DNA of 64,000 nt from Anolis carolinensis. Its lineage: Eukaryota. Location: positions 270,367,749 through 270,431,748 of the forward strand of contig NC_085842.1 of the NCBI RefSeq assembly GCF_035594765.1, in the 5' to 3' direction. Under the pieces are notes generated by a model. It did not search any database. It saw only the letters and a program-made list of their open reading frames with translations, and was not told the origin of the DNA. This document shows, piece by piece, positions 27,951-40,669 of the stretch; position 1 is the first letter of the stretch; every line of letters starts with the position of its first letter. Both the position numbers and the translations under genes were made by a program.

Positions 27951-29870
27951 TTGTAAAGGCATATATGTGTTAGTTTCAATATTTTATTATAAGTTATTGT
28001 GATAATGTATTCCATGAGCATGTTTATATATACAAAAGAAAAATAAATTAAAAATGAACCTCAATAATTTCTTAGGATCCTTATATTTGTCATGGTTTAT
28101 CTTCTTTATGGTTTCTGTGAGTTCTGTAACTCACACATTCTGTAACATGCAGAGATATTTGTTAGCTTTGGGCACTTAAAAAAAAACCCTTCCTTGTTGC
28201 CTGCACATACATAATAAATAACGTTGATAAGACTAGACCAAACATGGTTGTTGAGAAAGAAGACATGCTTTTTGGCATACTCAGGGGAATTCCAATGTTT
28301 TAGATGAGCTATTCCAGAAATGGTTTAGGGGGAAACCATTAATTAAATATATATCCAAGAACAGCCCAATGAGGACAGAGCATGGTCATGTCTGTTGAGT
28401 GTGTAAGCGTTGGAAGATAAATGGTGTATCATAGAATGGCTGGCTGGTTGAGCAGCAACAATCCACACTGTTTGCTATATGTTCCACTTATACAGAAAGA
28501 AAATACTACCCTTTCATAAGGACATGCATTTGGTCAAATACTCCACCTTGTTCCCAATCTTTGGGCTAGCTGCAGTTGTTTGGCACCTCCACATTAATTT
28601 TAATTTGAAAACTGAAGTATCAAAATGTTTTTAATATTTAGTTTTTTTTTAAAAAGGTTATCACTTCTCAAAAACACATTGCATCAGTTAAGGAGATGTC
28701 TGATACTGTGATGTAATATCATTAGGATTCATTTCCTGAAACCATTTTCTAAACTTGTTATCTGATTGCATGACTCGATCGGTTATTGGGTTTTAGGAAA
28801 GCTCATTTATTGTTTAGGGATTTAGAGTGTATTTATCTTTCCGCTTCTAAATCTAAGCATGAAAAATTATCTTCCACTAGGAACATTGTTCCAAAATGTT
28901 GGAATGTATTAAAGGAAGATTAGATTAACAATTGTTCTGTTCTTACACTGCGCTGAAAAGAGTAACATTTTTGGCTTTTATTCAAGTTGCTTAGGATTGA
29001 ATAACTTCCTAGGTGAGTATTTCAAGATGGTCGTATTATGATTGGACCAATATTTATTTAAAGGACAAATTCACTACACATTTTATGAGCAAGTAGATTT
29101 ATGTAATATGACACAAAATGTGCCATCAAGAAGGGAATATCTTTTGCAGGAGGCACCTTGGAACATGTTTGTGTCTGTTCATATTAAATTCAATTAATTT
29201 AATTTAATTTATTTCACTACTTTAAGGAATACATTACAATGTATCCACAAGAATCATCCTATGATACATTTAGAATGAATGAGCAACATATAGCCCAGTG
29301 TCACGTTCAGTCCATGGCCTGATCTTATATGCTTCTTGTCCCTATTTCAAAAACCAACTAAAAACACTTAACTTAGGCTTCTACAAGAATACTTTGTCCT
29401 TCCCTAAAAACTCACTATGTGGAGAGGAAATTGAGTGGGGATAAAATATAAGGGTAGGTCGAGAGAAGAGAAGGAAGGAAGTAATTTTTTTTACTCTGCT
29501 CCATGCATAATTCACACATACCTCCTAACAAATTATACTGATAGAAGGTGGGCCTCAAAAATAGGTTGGCAGCTTATATGAATAATTTGTTGTAGTATTC
29601 AGGCTTTGATAATCTTGTTTCCCTATTCATAGGTTGAATGATCGAATGTGCGGTTTTCTGCAAATCTTGCTCTAAAGAGGAGAAATAAAAACCTATGTCC
29701 CTTTTCAGTGTCAAGGTTCATTTGACACTTTGAAGTTGTGTTGGTGCTGTGCTTGCTGAGCCATGTAAATCTCCAGCCATCATATCCCATTGTGAGCTCA
29801 AGAATTGGAGAACAGTGTGGAAAAAATTGCAAACTGTGTTCATGGATAAAAACAGAAATCTGGGAAAAAT

Positions 29871-29872
<2 letters not shown>

Positions 29873-29921
<49 letters not shown>
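29873..29921. repeat. (AT)n microsatellite
   Basis: Uninterrupted AT run. Confidence 0.98.
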
Positions 29922-29922
<1 letters not shown>

Positions 29923-30928
29923 TTGATATCAAATTTAAATTATTGTTTTAGCAGTATAAAACTTTCCATTTAGGACTAGGCCTATATGGTTGTACTGTTA
30001 GGCATATTTATGACATTTAGAAGGGTTTGTATAAGATACATTGTGAACATACTGTAATATTAAAGAGGTTGGTGCAAACTGTTTCATGTTATGCTACATA
30101 ACCATATGTGTTGTAATTTTGAACATCTGAAAAGTAGATAAAATATGAAAATATGTCTTCATAAACAAAACAAAGTATATATTTTGGATAGAACCTAAGC
30201 AATCATAATATGTAATAGGCTAATAGTGTATTTCGATATAGTTAAAATGAGTATTGAGAATTGTGGAAATCTTAGTCACACTTAAATAGTAATGATATTC
30301 TGGAAAGCACTAGCCTTAGTAGTCTTCCATCCCTTTTTGAAAGATTAACATCTGAATTTGGCCTTCGTTTTTATTGTCATGGAGTTGAGAAAGCTCAAGG
30401 CTTTCATGAATTGGTAGTCCCACTAGGAGCAGATATGCACATTGGATCTGACTGTCTGAGTATTGTATACATCTACAGTTTTCACAGAGCTAATCTTATC
30501 AACAATCCTGCATACATATTTTTGTGCTATGCAGTTCCTGGCACTGTGAAGGTCTACAACCTTGTCTCAAAAGCAGTTTGGATCCCGCTCCCCCACACAC
30601 ACATTCCCCCAAGATTCATTTTCCCACTAAAAATAGAAAATATTTGTGAGGCAAAGGTGATAGACAACCCTTCTTCCCCCCCAAAAAATACCATTCTCCC
30701 AATTTTTGGATTTCGTCCCTTGGAATTTCACACCTCTAAAAGGTAGATGGAGGAGTCATGTAGACTTGCTTTTTTTATATCCACACTCTTGATGCATTTC
30801 AGAGAAATAGTATAAGATCAAATCAAAAGCAGCCTGAGCAATGGTGGAGTTTGGTTGATAACTGAGGTTGGTCCAAACCTTTGACCCAACTTTGATTCTC
30901 ATTGCCTGATTAATTTTTGGTGTATTTT

Positions 30929-30970
30929 ATTTCTCAAAGAACATGTGTTTAGACATGTTCTTTGAGAAAT
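30929..30970. repeat. Perfect inverted repeat, 18-bp arms with 6-nt loop
   Basis: ATTTCTCAAAGAACATGT (30929-30946), GTTTAG, ACATGTTCTTTGAGAAAT (30953-30970). Confidence 0.95.
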
Positions 30971-32349
30971 GTTCTCACTTTGATCACCTACCAGGCTCTT
31001 CAATTGATCAGCACTGAAAACTTCCACTTTCTCATTTGCTGTATTTTTTAGGATCAATGACAAATGTTGTCGTGCTTTGTCAATAGACAGTTTTTCATAT
31101 TAACATTTTCAAAGAAGAGACAGTGCCCTATACAGTGTTTTTTTATCATTTTAAACAGGAATGTCCTTCAAAGTCTTTTTCAGTGATGCTTATAAATCAA
31201 AGTGAGAGAAATACATACTGAATTTAAAATTAATGCATTTTTAATATGCAAGTAGGCTTAACTTTTCTTGATTTTAAACCCATCAAGATCAAACTCAAGC
31301 AGGCGTTCACATCCACAATTGAAACTCACCAACCTTTTTCTTTAAGTTAACATTGGTCCAAACTATCCCCACTGCTTTTGTCAATAGATCTTTTAAAGGC
31401 AGGCATTAAAGTGGAGTTTGCATTAGTCTTTTTTCCCCAACAGCTTTGGGCCTAGGGGCTTCTTTTAATAGGCATTAGTAAGGGACCAGAATTGAGTAGA
31501 CGTTTGTGAAGGAGACTTGAAGTTTGGAACAGAATTGTCCTTTATAGTTTTTCCATGGGGGAAAAATCTTCTTATGAGAATAAAGGCTTTAGACTAATCT
31601 CCTTCCATCTGGAAAATGGAGAAGCCAGAGGTTGTTGGCACTAGGTCACATCCCTTATGTAAACTGTCAAATTCTTTTCATATTAATGGGGTATTAGCTT
31701 AAACACAAGGAAGGTGGCTTTCATTTATCACCCTTATTTTGCTTTTTTGTACAAAAAATAGACAATATTGACTGATGATAAATGTTTGTGGTCTGTTTAG
31801 AAAACAATTTTTGTTGTTTGAAATCTTGTTGACTAGAAGTAACATTATATTGGATTTTTTTTCCTACTGACTCTTGTAGCTAATTAAATTGAAGCTTTAG
31901 ATGGCTATTCCATGCAGTGATATGGTTTGTGACATATGTAATCTTGACATTGCAGAGTGCTGGAAGGATGCCAGCACTAAATATGGGAGCAATGAGGAAA
32001 TTAGGCTTTATAGAACATTAAGCAGCCAGTTGACTTAATGTGGCATTTTTGTTTTAGCTAATTTTGTCCAATTACCTGAAGTCTATGTTGGGGAGATGAA
32101 GGGAAAGGGTTAACTTTCTGGATATATTAGATGTTCTGTTCATGCAATTGACAAAATCAAGACATGATGCTAGGTGGCACTTTGATGTGACTTCAGAACT
32201 GGGCATTAAAGTTGTTTCAATAGCCAAATAAAATGAGTCAAGTTATATATTTAGAATGTTTTGTAAACTTAAGGCATGCTTTAATCATTGCTGGAAGCTC
32301 TCGTTTTCATTATTTCGTCGTTAATGGAAATGATACTTTAAGGCAACTG

Positions 32350-32460
32350 GTGATTTCCCAGATATTTCTGGACTGTAGCTTGCATTAGTCCTAGCACAGG
32401 TAGTCAGTGGTAAAGGGGATCATGGGAGTTGCATTCCAACAGTATCTGGACAATACTGCC
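32350..32460. mobile_element. Degenerate palindromic hAT-type MITE remnant
   Basis: CCAGATAT...GGACTGTAGCT...ATGGGAGTTGCATTCCAAC...ATCTGG resembles the interior of the 33829 MITE. No clear TIR or TSD. Confidence 0.5.
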
Positions 32461-33828
32461 CATTCATGTTTTATCTAGTTTGAGGTATCTTTAACTCTTG
32501 AAAATCATACTTTGGAATGAAGCAGAAATTCAGTTTGAGTTTTTTCAGACTTTTCTACTTGTTCGGGAGAAAGTAAAAACTTCATCTTCTGCTTGACTTT
32601 CTGAATATTTCTAGAACTTCTGTTTCCAATACATGGTTAGGTTGGATGGAAACAGACAACACTTCAGGGAAGTTTGTACAGATTAAACTAAGGAGTTTGT
32701 TATAGTGTGACTAACAGGCAGAAAGTTTGCTCAGGAAACTATGGAATGGTGTATCAGACAAAAAGGGTGGAGGGAAGAATGGTCCTGAAAGACGATCAAA
32801 GCTCCTGCCGTCAGGTTAAGCGATGCATATTTTTTACATTGGGGCTTTGTCATCTTAGGGACGTAGCTGTCTGGAACATATTAGCAGCAGTTTTCTTTAA
32901 GTAAGCGTTTCCAATTGATGATGGTGGGAATGTGCTTTCAGACAATCTCGCTGCTTGTGTTACACAGGATTTTCTGTCAGACCCCTGAGATACTACAGCA
33001 GCAGTGATGAAAGGAGAGCTGCCATGGTGGGGCAGGAAGCTGTTGCTATGTAACATCAGTATGATTTTTGTGAAACAGCAGTTTTGTCCCTGTGGAAATG
33101 GAAACAAGATTGCTAACATCTATGTAAAAGAGACAGTTTCCCCAAAACTTTTATACTTTAATCCTAAGCAAGCATCAGTAGAAGCAAATTGCATTTATTT
33201 TACTAGGTTTAACAATTCATAAGATTATATTCCTAGCATTTGTCATAGTGCTGCACTATGGGGGTCTCAAGGTTTCTTTCAAAATTATAGGTATTGCCTG
33301 TCTCTTAAATTTCAGTCCCAGAGGTTACTTTGTGACCATGATATAGTTTGGACTTTAATGCAGAATACAGCAGTACTGAATCAGTTTTGAAGGGTGCATT
33401 TTGTGTTCTCTTTAGAATGATCACAAACAGTAGCCACACTAAAAGATCATGCCTTGTGTATTTTGCAGAGAAACTGCTTCTAATCAGTCCACTTTTTAAA
33501 AATGCTTTTGTACTCAGGTTTCAGGCCAATCATGTAAATCCAGGATAAGAAGCAGCACTTGCTGTGAATCTGTTACTATTCTTTCCTACCAAAAAATATA
33601 ATACAGCTAATTTCTGATTTCTATTAGAATTCTCTGAATGTATTCACTCTCTCCTTTCCCCTTTCTCTCTCTGTGGAGTGCTTGTTTTCTATTAACCTAT
33701 AGAACAGATAACATTTCCTTGTAGGAAGTTCATTTTGGATTGTGCCCTGTGATATATAGTGAGCAGATATATTTCAATTCTTGCACATGCTGTGGAAAGG
33801 TCCATTTCACAGTAAGCGTTCTCTACAC

Positions 33829-33965
33829 CAGTGATTCCCAAACTCTTGGTCCTCTGGATGTTTTGGATTTCAATTCCCAGCAGTCTCAACCATTTTGGCC
33901 AATGGTGAGAGATTCTGGGAGCTGAAGTCCACAATATCTGGAGGACCATAGTTTGGGAATCACTG
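33829..33965. mobile_element. hAT-type MITE, 137 bp
   Basis: Perfect 16-bp TIR CAGTGATTCCCAAACT / AGTTTGGGAATCACTG. 8-bp TSD CTCTACAC / CTCTACAT. Confidence 0.92.
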
Positions 33966-34181
33966 CTCTACATCATTGGGGAAGCTATATAGGGCGGCAT
34001 TTGTCACATGATGCTGGGTGAATATTATCGTCACAAGATCTGAGGGGGCTTGTTTAGTGTGAAACAGCTAAAGATAAAGATGTGAAGTAAAATCAATTTG
34101 TGACACAGTAGCTTTGTTTTAGCTTGGAGTCTATGTAATGTTTGCAGAACAAAAATTAAAGTGAAGAAAGTTCAGAATACA

Positions 34182-34200
34182 AGCCAGCAGGGGGTGCCAT
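34182..34200 (+). promoter_or_regulatory. Candidate CTCF binding site
   Basis: AGCCAGCAGGGGGTGCCAT matches the CTCF core CCASYAGRKGGCRS apart from C>T at the CpG position. Lies outside any recognised TE. Confidence 0.5.
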
Positions 34201-35545
34201 TGCCAGTTAAAGCCAGATAGTGTATGCGTATAATGCTACAAAAGAACAAAAAAATCCTCTTCCAGTCATTTTGTATTCTCCTATCCTTTTTGTTAGATCA
34301 AACAGCTGTCAGTAAAACATTTCCAGCTACACTTTCCACCTCCACAAAAAAGCAGCAGGTACAGCCCTGCTGCTTGATATCTGTGGCTCTGCAGCAATCA
34401 GTGGAGAGTACAACCCAAGTTGTGTAATCTTTGCAACACCAGCAAGTGATGCCTCTTTACAATGTTTTGCAGTGGATTCTTCGGCTTGCAGCCTCTCAGC
34501 ATAGAAGTATCCCCTCCCTGGCTGAATGGTTCAAAGACAGGCAAAAAGAAAGGGAGGAAATTCTACAGGGATCCAGAACAAGTTACCAGATGGGAGTATA
34601 TCCGTTACATTATGTAGTTTCGAAGGAATGTCAGATCTTTCATCTCTTGAGAATAAGGCGAGCCTCTTTCACTGCAAAGGAGGAATGCTTCACGTCTTCT
34701 TGTGCTTCACACTGTCTCCCTGTGGATGTGAGGTTACAAAAAGGTGTTAGCAGTTTGAGCAGGAAAGTTCCACTGAATGATTGCCCAAGCTTATTTTTCT
34801 AGCCTAAAGAATACTGTCTGGTTTATGTGTTGTTTGTTTGGGTAGCAAGTAATGACTTTTCAAAAATAACAAAGGCTTCTTTCATTCCATGCGCCCTATT
34901 GTCTCTCTCCTCCCCACTTGCACAGGGACACAGATGGGTGTAGGAGGAAATATTTTGGTCTATGAAGGCAGCAAGTTATCAGCACAGTGGAAGTTCAGCG
35001 GTCGTGTGATCAGCACTTGTAATCACAGTGTGGTTTATCTGCAAGAACCTTGGCTTGAAAGCCTGACCCAGTCAGTTCCCTGCACTTTGCTCCCTGGCTG
35101 GATTATGCACAAACAGCAGGCTGGAAACTTTCCCACTCTCGCTGGTGCACACAGAAGCAGCTCCACATGCTGTAGATGTTTGGATGAAGCTTTATGAACA
35201 AATCCACTGAGCTCTGTATGGGAACAGTCCTTAATCAGGATTGCCACTGCTTTCTCCTTTCCCTTCCTTGATAAAATCCTAGAAATAACTATGCACTTCT
35301 TTGATCACATCTTTGAGACACTTACAAGGATTCACAGATGCTGTGGTGTACTAAAAAATGTCTTAATTGAAACAACCTATAAGATGTTTAACTGTTTTAA
35401 TTGGATTAAAATTCTTAGAAAGTACTGGTTTAAAATTATGTCCCATTATGTGTGGGGATTTTTAGTTATTTATTTCTTTTTGCTGGTTTTCTCCTTGTTA
35501 GTGAAACTCATTGAGCCATTCAGGTATTTTACAGAAGGTTCATAG

Positions 35546-35884
35546 ATAAAGGTAAAGGTTTTCCCCTGACATTAAGTCTGGTCATGTCTGACTCTGGGGG
35601 TTGGTGCTCATCTCCATTTCTAAGCCAAAGAGCCAGCATTGTCTGTAGACACCTCCAAGGTCATGTGGCTGGCATGACTGTATGGAGTGCCGTTACTTTC
35701 CCGCCAGAGGTAATAATTGTTACCTATTGATCTACTCACATTTGCATGTTTTTGAACTGCTAGGTTGGCAGAAGCTGGGGCTAACAGTGGGAGCTAACCC
35801 CACTCCCCGGATTCGAACTGCCAACCTTTTGGTCAGCAAGATCAGCAGCTCATCTGTTTAATCCGTTGCGCCATCGGGGGCTCC
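35546..35884 (-). mobile_element. Sauria SINE, full length
   Basis: Same family as the 21288 element. Perfect 15-bp TSD ACAGAAGGTTCATAG (35531-35545, 35885-35899). Confidence 0.96.
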
Positions 35885-36837
35885 ACAGAAGGTTCATAGG
35901 ACCCCTTCAACAGCTCAGGTATGATATAACTCATGGGGCTAAAGAAGGAAAGAAAAAAATACTATGCCCTCTGCCTTTAATAGAAACCACAACTGCATTG
36001 GAGCCCCAACCACTGACAGGGCAAACAGCTCAATATCTATCATTTCATTATTTCTTATGGATTTAACTTAGTGTTTTAAATCTTTTCTCTTTAAATGTTG
36101 TTGCAAATCATCTTGGATGATTGGAAAGGGATTTTTTTGGAATATAAGAATTATCTATCTATCATGTTAACATGTTGGTTCTTTTTAGGCACAGACCAGA
36201 GATAGCATTTCATTGATAAGAGACAAGTAAAACTTTTTTGCTGCAGTTCTGCCCAGTGATGCTAGTACCAATGAGACAATACTGCAGGTTAATATGACTG
36301 TTGAAGATATGGTATTTGCTCTGTTAATAAAGTGGGATGACAAACATTATTTTAAACTCACCAATCTGTTCTTTCATTTATGTGTGCTTTAAGCAGAAAC
36401 ACAAATAAGACCATCAATATTGTCTGTCTAGATCATTTTTGTTCAATATTGCCATTTATATGCAATGTGAAATATTAATCAAGACTAATTATAAGCAATG
36501 GCTATAAAACAAATTCAGGGCCAGTAAAGATCATGCTTCTTTATGTATTTATTGACTTCAGTGTGCTGGGGTAATTGCTAGTAATTAGATGATCCTAGAC
36601 ATTATGCCTCCTGTATATCAAAACAGTTTTGTTCGTTCTTTATTACATTTGCATCTTTTGCTTGTTAGCAGCAATGCAGTTTAGTACTTAGGAATTATTG
36701 ATTGCATTTTGGTTTTATATATGATTTTGTTTTGATGTATCAAACTGTGTAACTGTAAAACTATTCCAAATGCATGTGTTTATAGTGAGATTGTGTCTGT
36801 TAGCATGCCGTGCCAAATAAAATAAAATTGTAGTATT

Positions 36838-37046
36838 GCCTAAATAATACCCTAAAAGTACCAGATCCTGTCTGATCTTGAAAGATCAGCAGAGTCAGCA
36901 CTGGTTAGCACTTCGATGGAAGATCACCAAAAATACTAAGTGCTATAGCCTGGCAAAAACACCTCTGAGTATTACTTCTCAAAAGAACCCTATGAAATTC
37001 ATGAGGTTGTCATAAGATGCTATGAGACTTGAAGACACACACGCAC
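36838..37046 (+). mobile_element. 5S rRNA-derived SINE with RTE/Bov-B-like tail, copy 1
   Basis: Head aligns by eye to vertebrate 5S rRNA (GATCCTGTCTGATCTTG...CTGGTTAGCACTTCGATGGAAGA...GTGCTATAG). Followed by GGCAAAAACACCTCTGAGTATT...GACTTGAAGACACACAC. Confidence 0.8.
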
Positions 37047-37233
37047 AGACCTATGTCATTGATCCAACAGTATTAATGAATTGAAGGTGGTTTGATCACA
37101 GTAAAAACAAAGACCTTTGACTATTATTGTGTACAAACTCTTCCCATGCCATGTGGCATAAGGGTGCCATCAGCATATGAAGTACATTTCTCAAGAAAAT
37201 TGGTGATAATATCTTTCCTTGACTAGGTATGGA

Positions 37234-37278
<45 letters not shown>
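37234..37278. repeat. (TTA)n microsatellite / R4 tail
   Basis: Pure ATT run abutting the 3' end of the R4 element. Confidence 0.97.
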
Positions 37279-38009
37279 GACACAACGACGTTGTATGACA
37301 CAGCAAACAAGATAGATATGCTGGATTTCGTTTCACAAAACCACAAGTCGAACACTTCCCAAGTGTCTAGGACTGTGTGATGTATTTTCGGATGATGCGT
37401 GCAGATCCCAGCAGGGTGGCCTTTTGCAGTTGGCAGATCGCAATTTTGTCAATGTCTATTGTTTCCAAATGCCGGCTGAGATCTTTTGGCACGGCACCCA
37501 GTGTGCCCATCACCACCAGGACCACCTGCACTGGTTTCTGCCAGAGTCTTTGAAGTTCAATGTTGAGGTCCTGATAGCGGCTGAGTTTTTCCTGTTGTTT
37601 TTCGTCAATGCGACTGTCACCTGGGATGGCAACATCAATGATCCAAACCTTGTTCTTTTCCACAACTGTGATGTCTGGTGTGTTGTGTTCCAGAACTTTG
37701 TCAGTCTGGATTCGGAAGTCCCACAGTATCTTTGCGTGTTCATTTTCCACGACCTTTGCTGGTTTGTGATCCCACCAGTTCTTTGCTGCTGGCAGGTGGT
37801 ACTTGAGGCATAAGTTCCAATGGATCATTTGGGCCACACAGTTGTGCCTCTGTTTGTAGTCTGTCTGTGCAATTTTCTTACAGCAGCTGAGGATATGATC
37901 AATGGTTTCGTCAGCTTCCTTGCACAGTCTGCATTTTGGGTCATCAGCTGATTTTTCGATCTTGGCCTTAATTGCATTTGTTCTGATGGCTTGCTCCTGG
38001 GCTGCAAGG

Positions 38010-38010
<1 letters not shown>
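37279..38010 (-). mobile_element. Dong/R4-clade non-LTR retrotransposon, 5'-truncated copy A (zinc knuckle plus restriction-like endonuclease)
   Basis: Uninterrupted frame LAAQEQ...CRLCKEADETIDHILSCC (CCHC), RHN, PDITVVEKNKVWIIDVAIP...EK...Y (PD-(D/E)xK-type RLE). Stop at 37367, short 3' UTR, flanked by (TAA)n on both sides. Confidence 0.93.
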
Positions 38011-38048
<38 letters not shown>

Positions 38049-38268
38049 GTATGACACAGCAAACAAGATAGATATGCTGGATTTAGTTTCACAAAATCAT
38101 AAGTCGAACACTTCCCAAGTGTCTAGGACTATGTGATGTATTTTCGGATGATGCGTGCAGATCCCAGTAGGGTGGCCTTTTGCAGTTGGCAGATTGTAAT
38201 TTTGTCAATGTCTATTGTTTCCAAATGCCGGCTGAGATCTTTTGGCACGGCACCCAATGTGCCAATCA

Positions 38269-38269
<1 letters not shown>
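38049..38269 (-). mobile_element. Dong/R4-clade retrotransposon, 5'-truncated copy B
   Basis: Near-identical to 37293-37512. Flanked by (TTA)n at 38010-38048 and 38270-38322. Confidence 0.93.
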
Positions 38270-38322
<53 letters not shown>

Positions 38323-39532
38323 GTACTTCGCTTTATCTCCTCTGAAGGAAAGATATTCCTTGCCTAAATAAATCATGACCATACGTGGCCTTACATGGCA
38401 TGCTGCTAAATCATGATTAAAATCTTCCTCTGCACCCATATGTAAGGCAAAGGTTTTGATGTTACTATTCTTTTTGTTAAAAAAAAGTTCCACATCCAAG
38501 TAGAACAGGTTTTCTTTGTAATTCCTTTGCATATATTTAGCATTTAATTATGGTTAAAAAGTATGTTTCTTTGAAAAAAAGTCCCAATTTCCATTCTTTA
38601 ACCAGAAGCTTCAGATCTAGCATAAATTGTCTGTTGATTGAGTTTAACCTAGTCTATTTCCATTGTCTGACGTATGAACACCATAAATTAACCAGCCCTA
38701 AGGCAAGAATAGAAAGCTTTCACACGCTTACGTGCCTGTGAAAGCAGCTTTGAATCAGAGGGAAAGAACCTATCACACACACATGAAAAATGGTGAATTT
38801 ATGAAGGAAATGGAATTGTGAAGCTTGACTGGGCTTGCATGCCACCAAGTGTCTGCGAATGGGAGGAGAGCTGGAGAGAGAAGACAAACAGTCTGTGAGA
38901 TTTTCTCCTGAATGATCTCATTTAATTGATTGATTCTCCTGAGGTCATAAATGAGCTCCTTGCTGAGTCAGGGTTGGAGGTCAAAGTGTAGTGCCAGCTG
39001 CCTAGCCAACCATAAAACAATAGCAGCTTCCTTCTGTATGTAAGAAAGAGGCATTCCAGGGTAATGTTTTATTAGACTTCAGGGTAACCTTTCTTTTTAC
39101 ACGCCTCAGGATTCCCTTCAGTAGAAATTATATAGTGTCACTTATAATTAACCTTTTCTTCTCCTTAGCCATTTGCACTTGAAAGTTTCCAAAAATAAGC
39201 CATGTGTGCTTTGCAGTAACTACTTTAGCATCTCTTTCATTTTCATCTCTTTTTACACTTCCCCTTAATGCATTTCCTTTATTATTTTCACAGTGATTTA
39301 GAAGAAACCAGGCATGGTTTAGCTAAAGCACAACCAAGGTGAATTCTTGTTGGCTGCAGCATTCTTTTACTTTATGCTGATGATGCTTGACATATATATG
39401 TGTTCATATTTTAGACTTCCCACCCTGATTCTTTGTCTCACAACTCTGGTGAGTTTGCATTATAAAGGCAGAGCTGAAGTAAGATAAACTTATCGTTGTT
39501 AGGGGTATGAGACTTTTAGGAGAGTATGTAAA

Positions 39533-39665
39533 GTTGATTCAGAAACTAAGCAGGGTCAGCCCTGGTCAGAATTTTGATGGGAGACTACCAATGAATACCA
39601 AGTACTGTAGGCTGTAGTTAAGAGGAAAGAACGAATGGCAAAACCACCTCTGGTTATTACTTTCC
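39533..39665 (+). mobile_element. 5S rRNA-derived SINE, partial copy 2
   Basis: AACTAAGCAGGGTCAGCCCTGGTCAGAATTTTGATGGGAGACTACC...GAATACCAAGTACTGTAGGCT is the 5S 3' half with boxes A and C. Followed by GAGGAA...ATGGCAAAACCACCTCTG. Confidence 0.82.
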
Positions 39666-39679
39666 TTCTGATATTGAGA

Positions 39680-40625
39680 CTGTATCCTCAAGCTTTGAGG
39701 ATTATCTGGGAAGGAATCCCACTGAAGTATTGCAGCACACCAAAATACTTGGGAGTTACCCTGGACTGTGCTCTGACTTACTAGAAGTACAGCTTGACTA
39801 TCAGGCAAAAAGTGGGTGCAAAAAGAACATCGTACAAGAGCTGACTGGCACAACCTGGGGATCACAACCAAACACAGTGAAGACATCTGCCCTTGCGCTT
39901 TGCTACTCTGCTGCTGAATACGCATGCCCATGGAGCACATCTCACCACGTTAAAACAGTGCATGTGGCTCTTAATGAAACATGCCGTATTATCACAGGAT
40001 GTCTACACCCCACACCACTGGAGAAATTATACTGTTTAGCTGGTATTGCACCACCTGACATCCTCCGGGAAGTATCAGCCAATAATGAAAGGATCAAGGC
40101 AGTGACATCTCTGGCCGTTCCCTTGTTCGGATATCAGCCAGCACACCAATGCCCTAAATCAAGAAATAATTTTCTAAGATCCACAGAGATACTACCAGGA
40201 ACCCCCCAGCAAGTGAGAGTCCAAAAGTGACAGGCTAAAACCCAGAACCTCAGGCCATGGATGATACTGAATGAGAGACTCCCTCCTGGGCACACAGAAG
40301 ACTGGGTGACTTGGAGGGCGCTGAACAGACTGCGCTCTGGCACCATGAGATGCAGAGCCAACCTTAAGAAATGGTGCTACAAAGTGGAGTCCACAACATG
40401 AGAGTGTGGAGAAGAGCAAACCACAGACCACTTACTACAATGCAGTCCGAGCCCTACGACATGCACAATAGAGGACCTTCTTATAGCAATGCCAGAAGCA
40501 CTGTAAGTGGCCAGTTACTGGTCAAAAGGCATTTAGTATAATGCCAAGTTTTTTAACTTTGCTCATGTTTTTAAATACATTACAAATGTACCCTCGGTTT
40601 GCTTCTGATATGATAAATAAATAAA
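39680..40625 (+). mobile_element. Vingi-type (Ingi-related) LINE, 5'-truncated and decayed
   Basis: TPKYLGVTLD (end of RT), LTGTTWGSQP...ALALCYSAAEYACP, TCRIITGCLHPTP...LAGIAPP, LNRLRSG, and knuckle *ECGEEQTTDHLLQC. No RNase H between RT and knuckle. Tail GATAAATAAATAAA. Confidence 0.85.
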
Positions 40626-40669
40626 TGGAGGCTGTAGGATTTCTATAAGTGCTGCTGTGCTGTGATAGT

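Noticed and set aside
29440-29860. Possible ancient DNA transposon remnant
   Set aside because: Only vague motif resemblance; no TIR pair or TSD could be defined.
25484-29973. Poly-Asn and (IY)n ORFs (also at 38133-38532 and 59779-59967)
   Set aside because: These are translations of microsatellites.
36838-36950. Functional 5S rRNA gene
   Set aside because: Heavily diverged with CpG decay, no oligo-T terminator, and fused to a SINE tail. The same applies to the copies at 39533 and 49141.
37367-38092. 241-aa ORF as a novel membrane-anchored nuclease gene
   Set aside because: The start codon is GTG in the 3' UTR of R4 copy B, and the poly-Ile is a translated (ATA)n microsatellite. It is a chance in-frame fusion to a truncated retrotransposon.
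37234-38322. CRISPR-like repeat-spacer pattern
   Set aside because: The repeats are variable-length (TTA)n and the 'spacers' are retrotransposon fragments in eukaryotic DNA.
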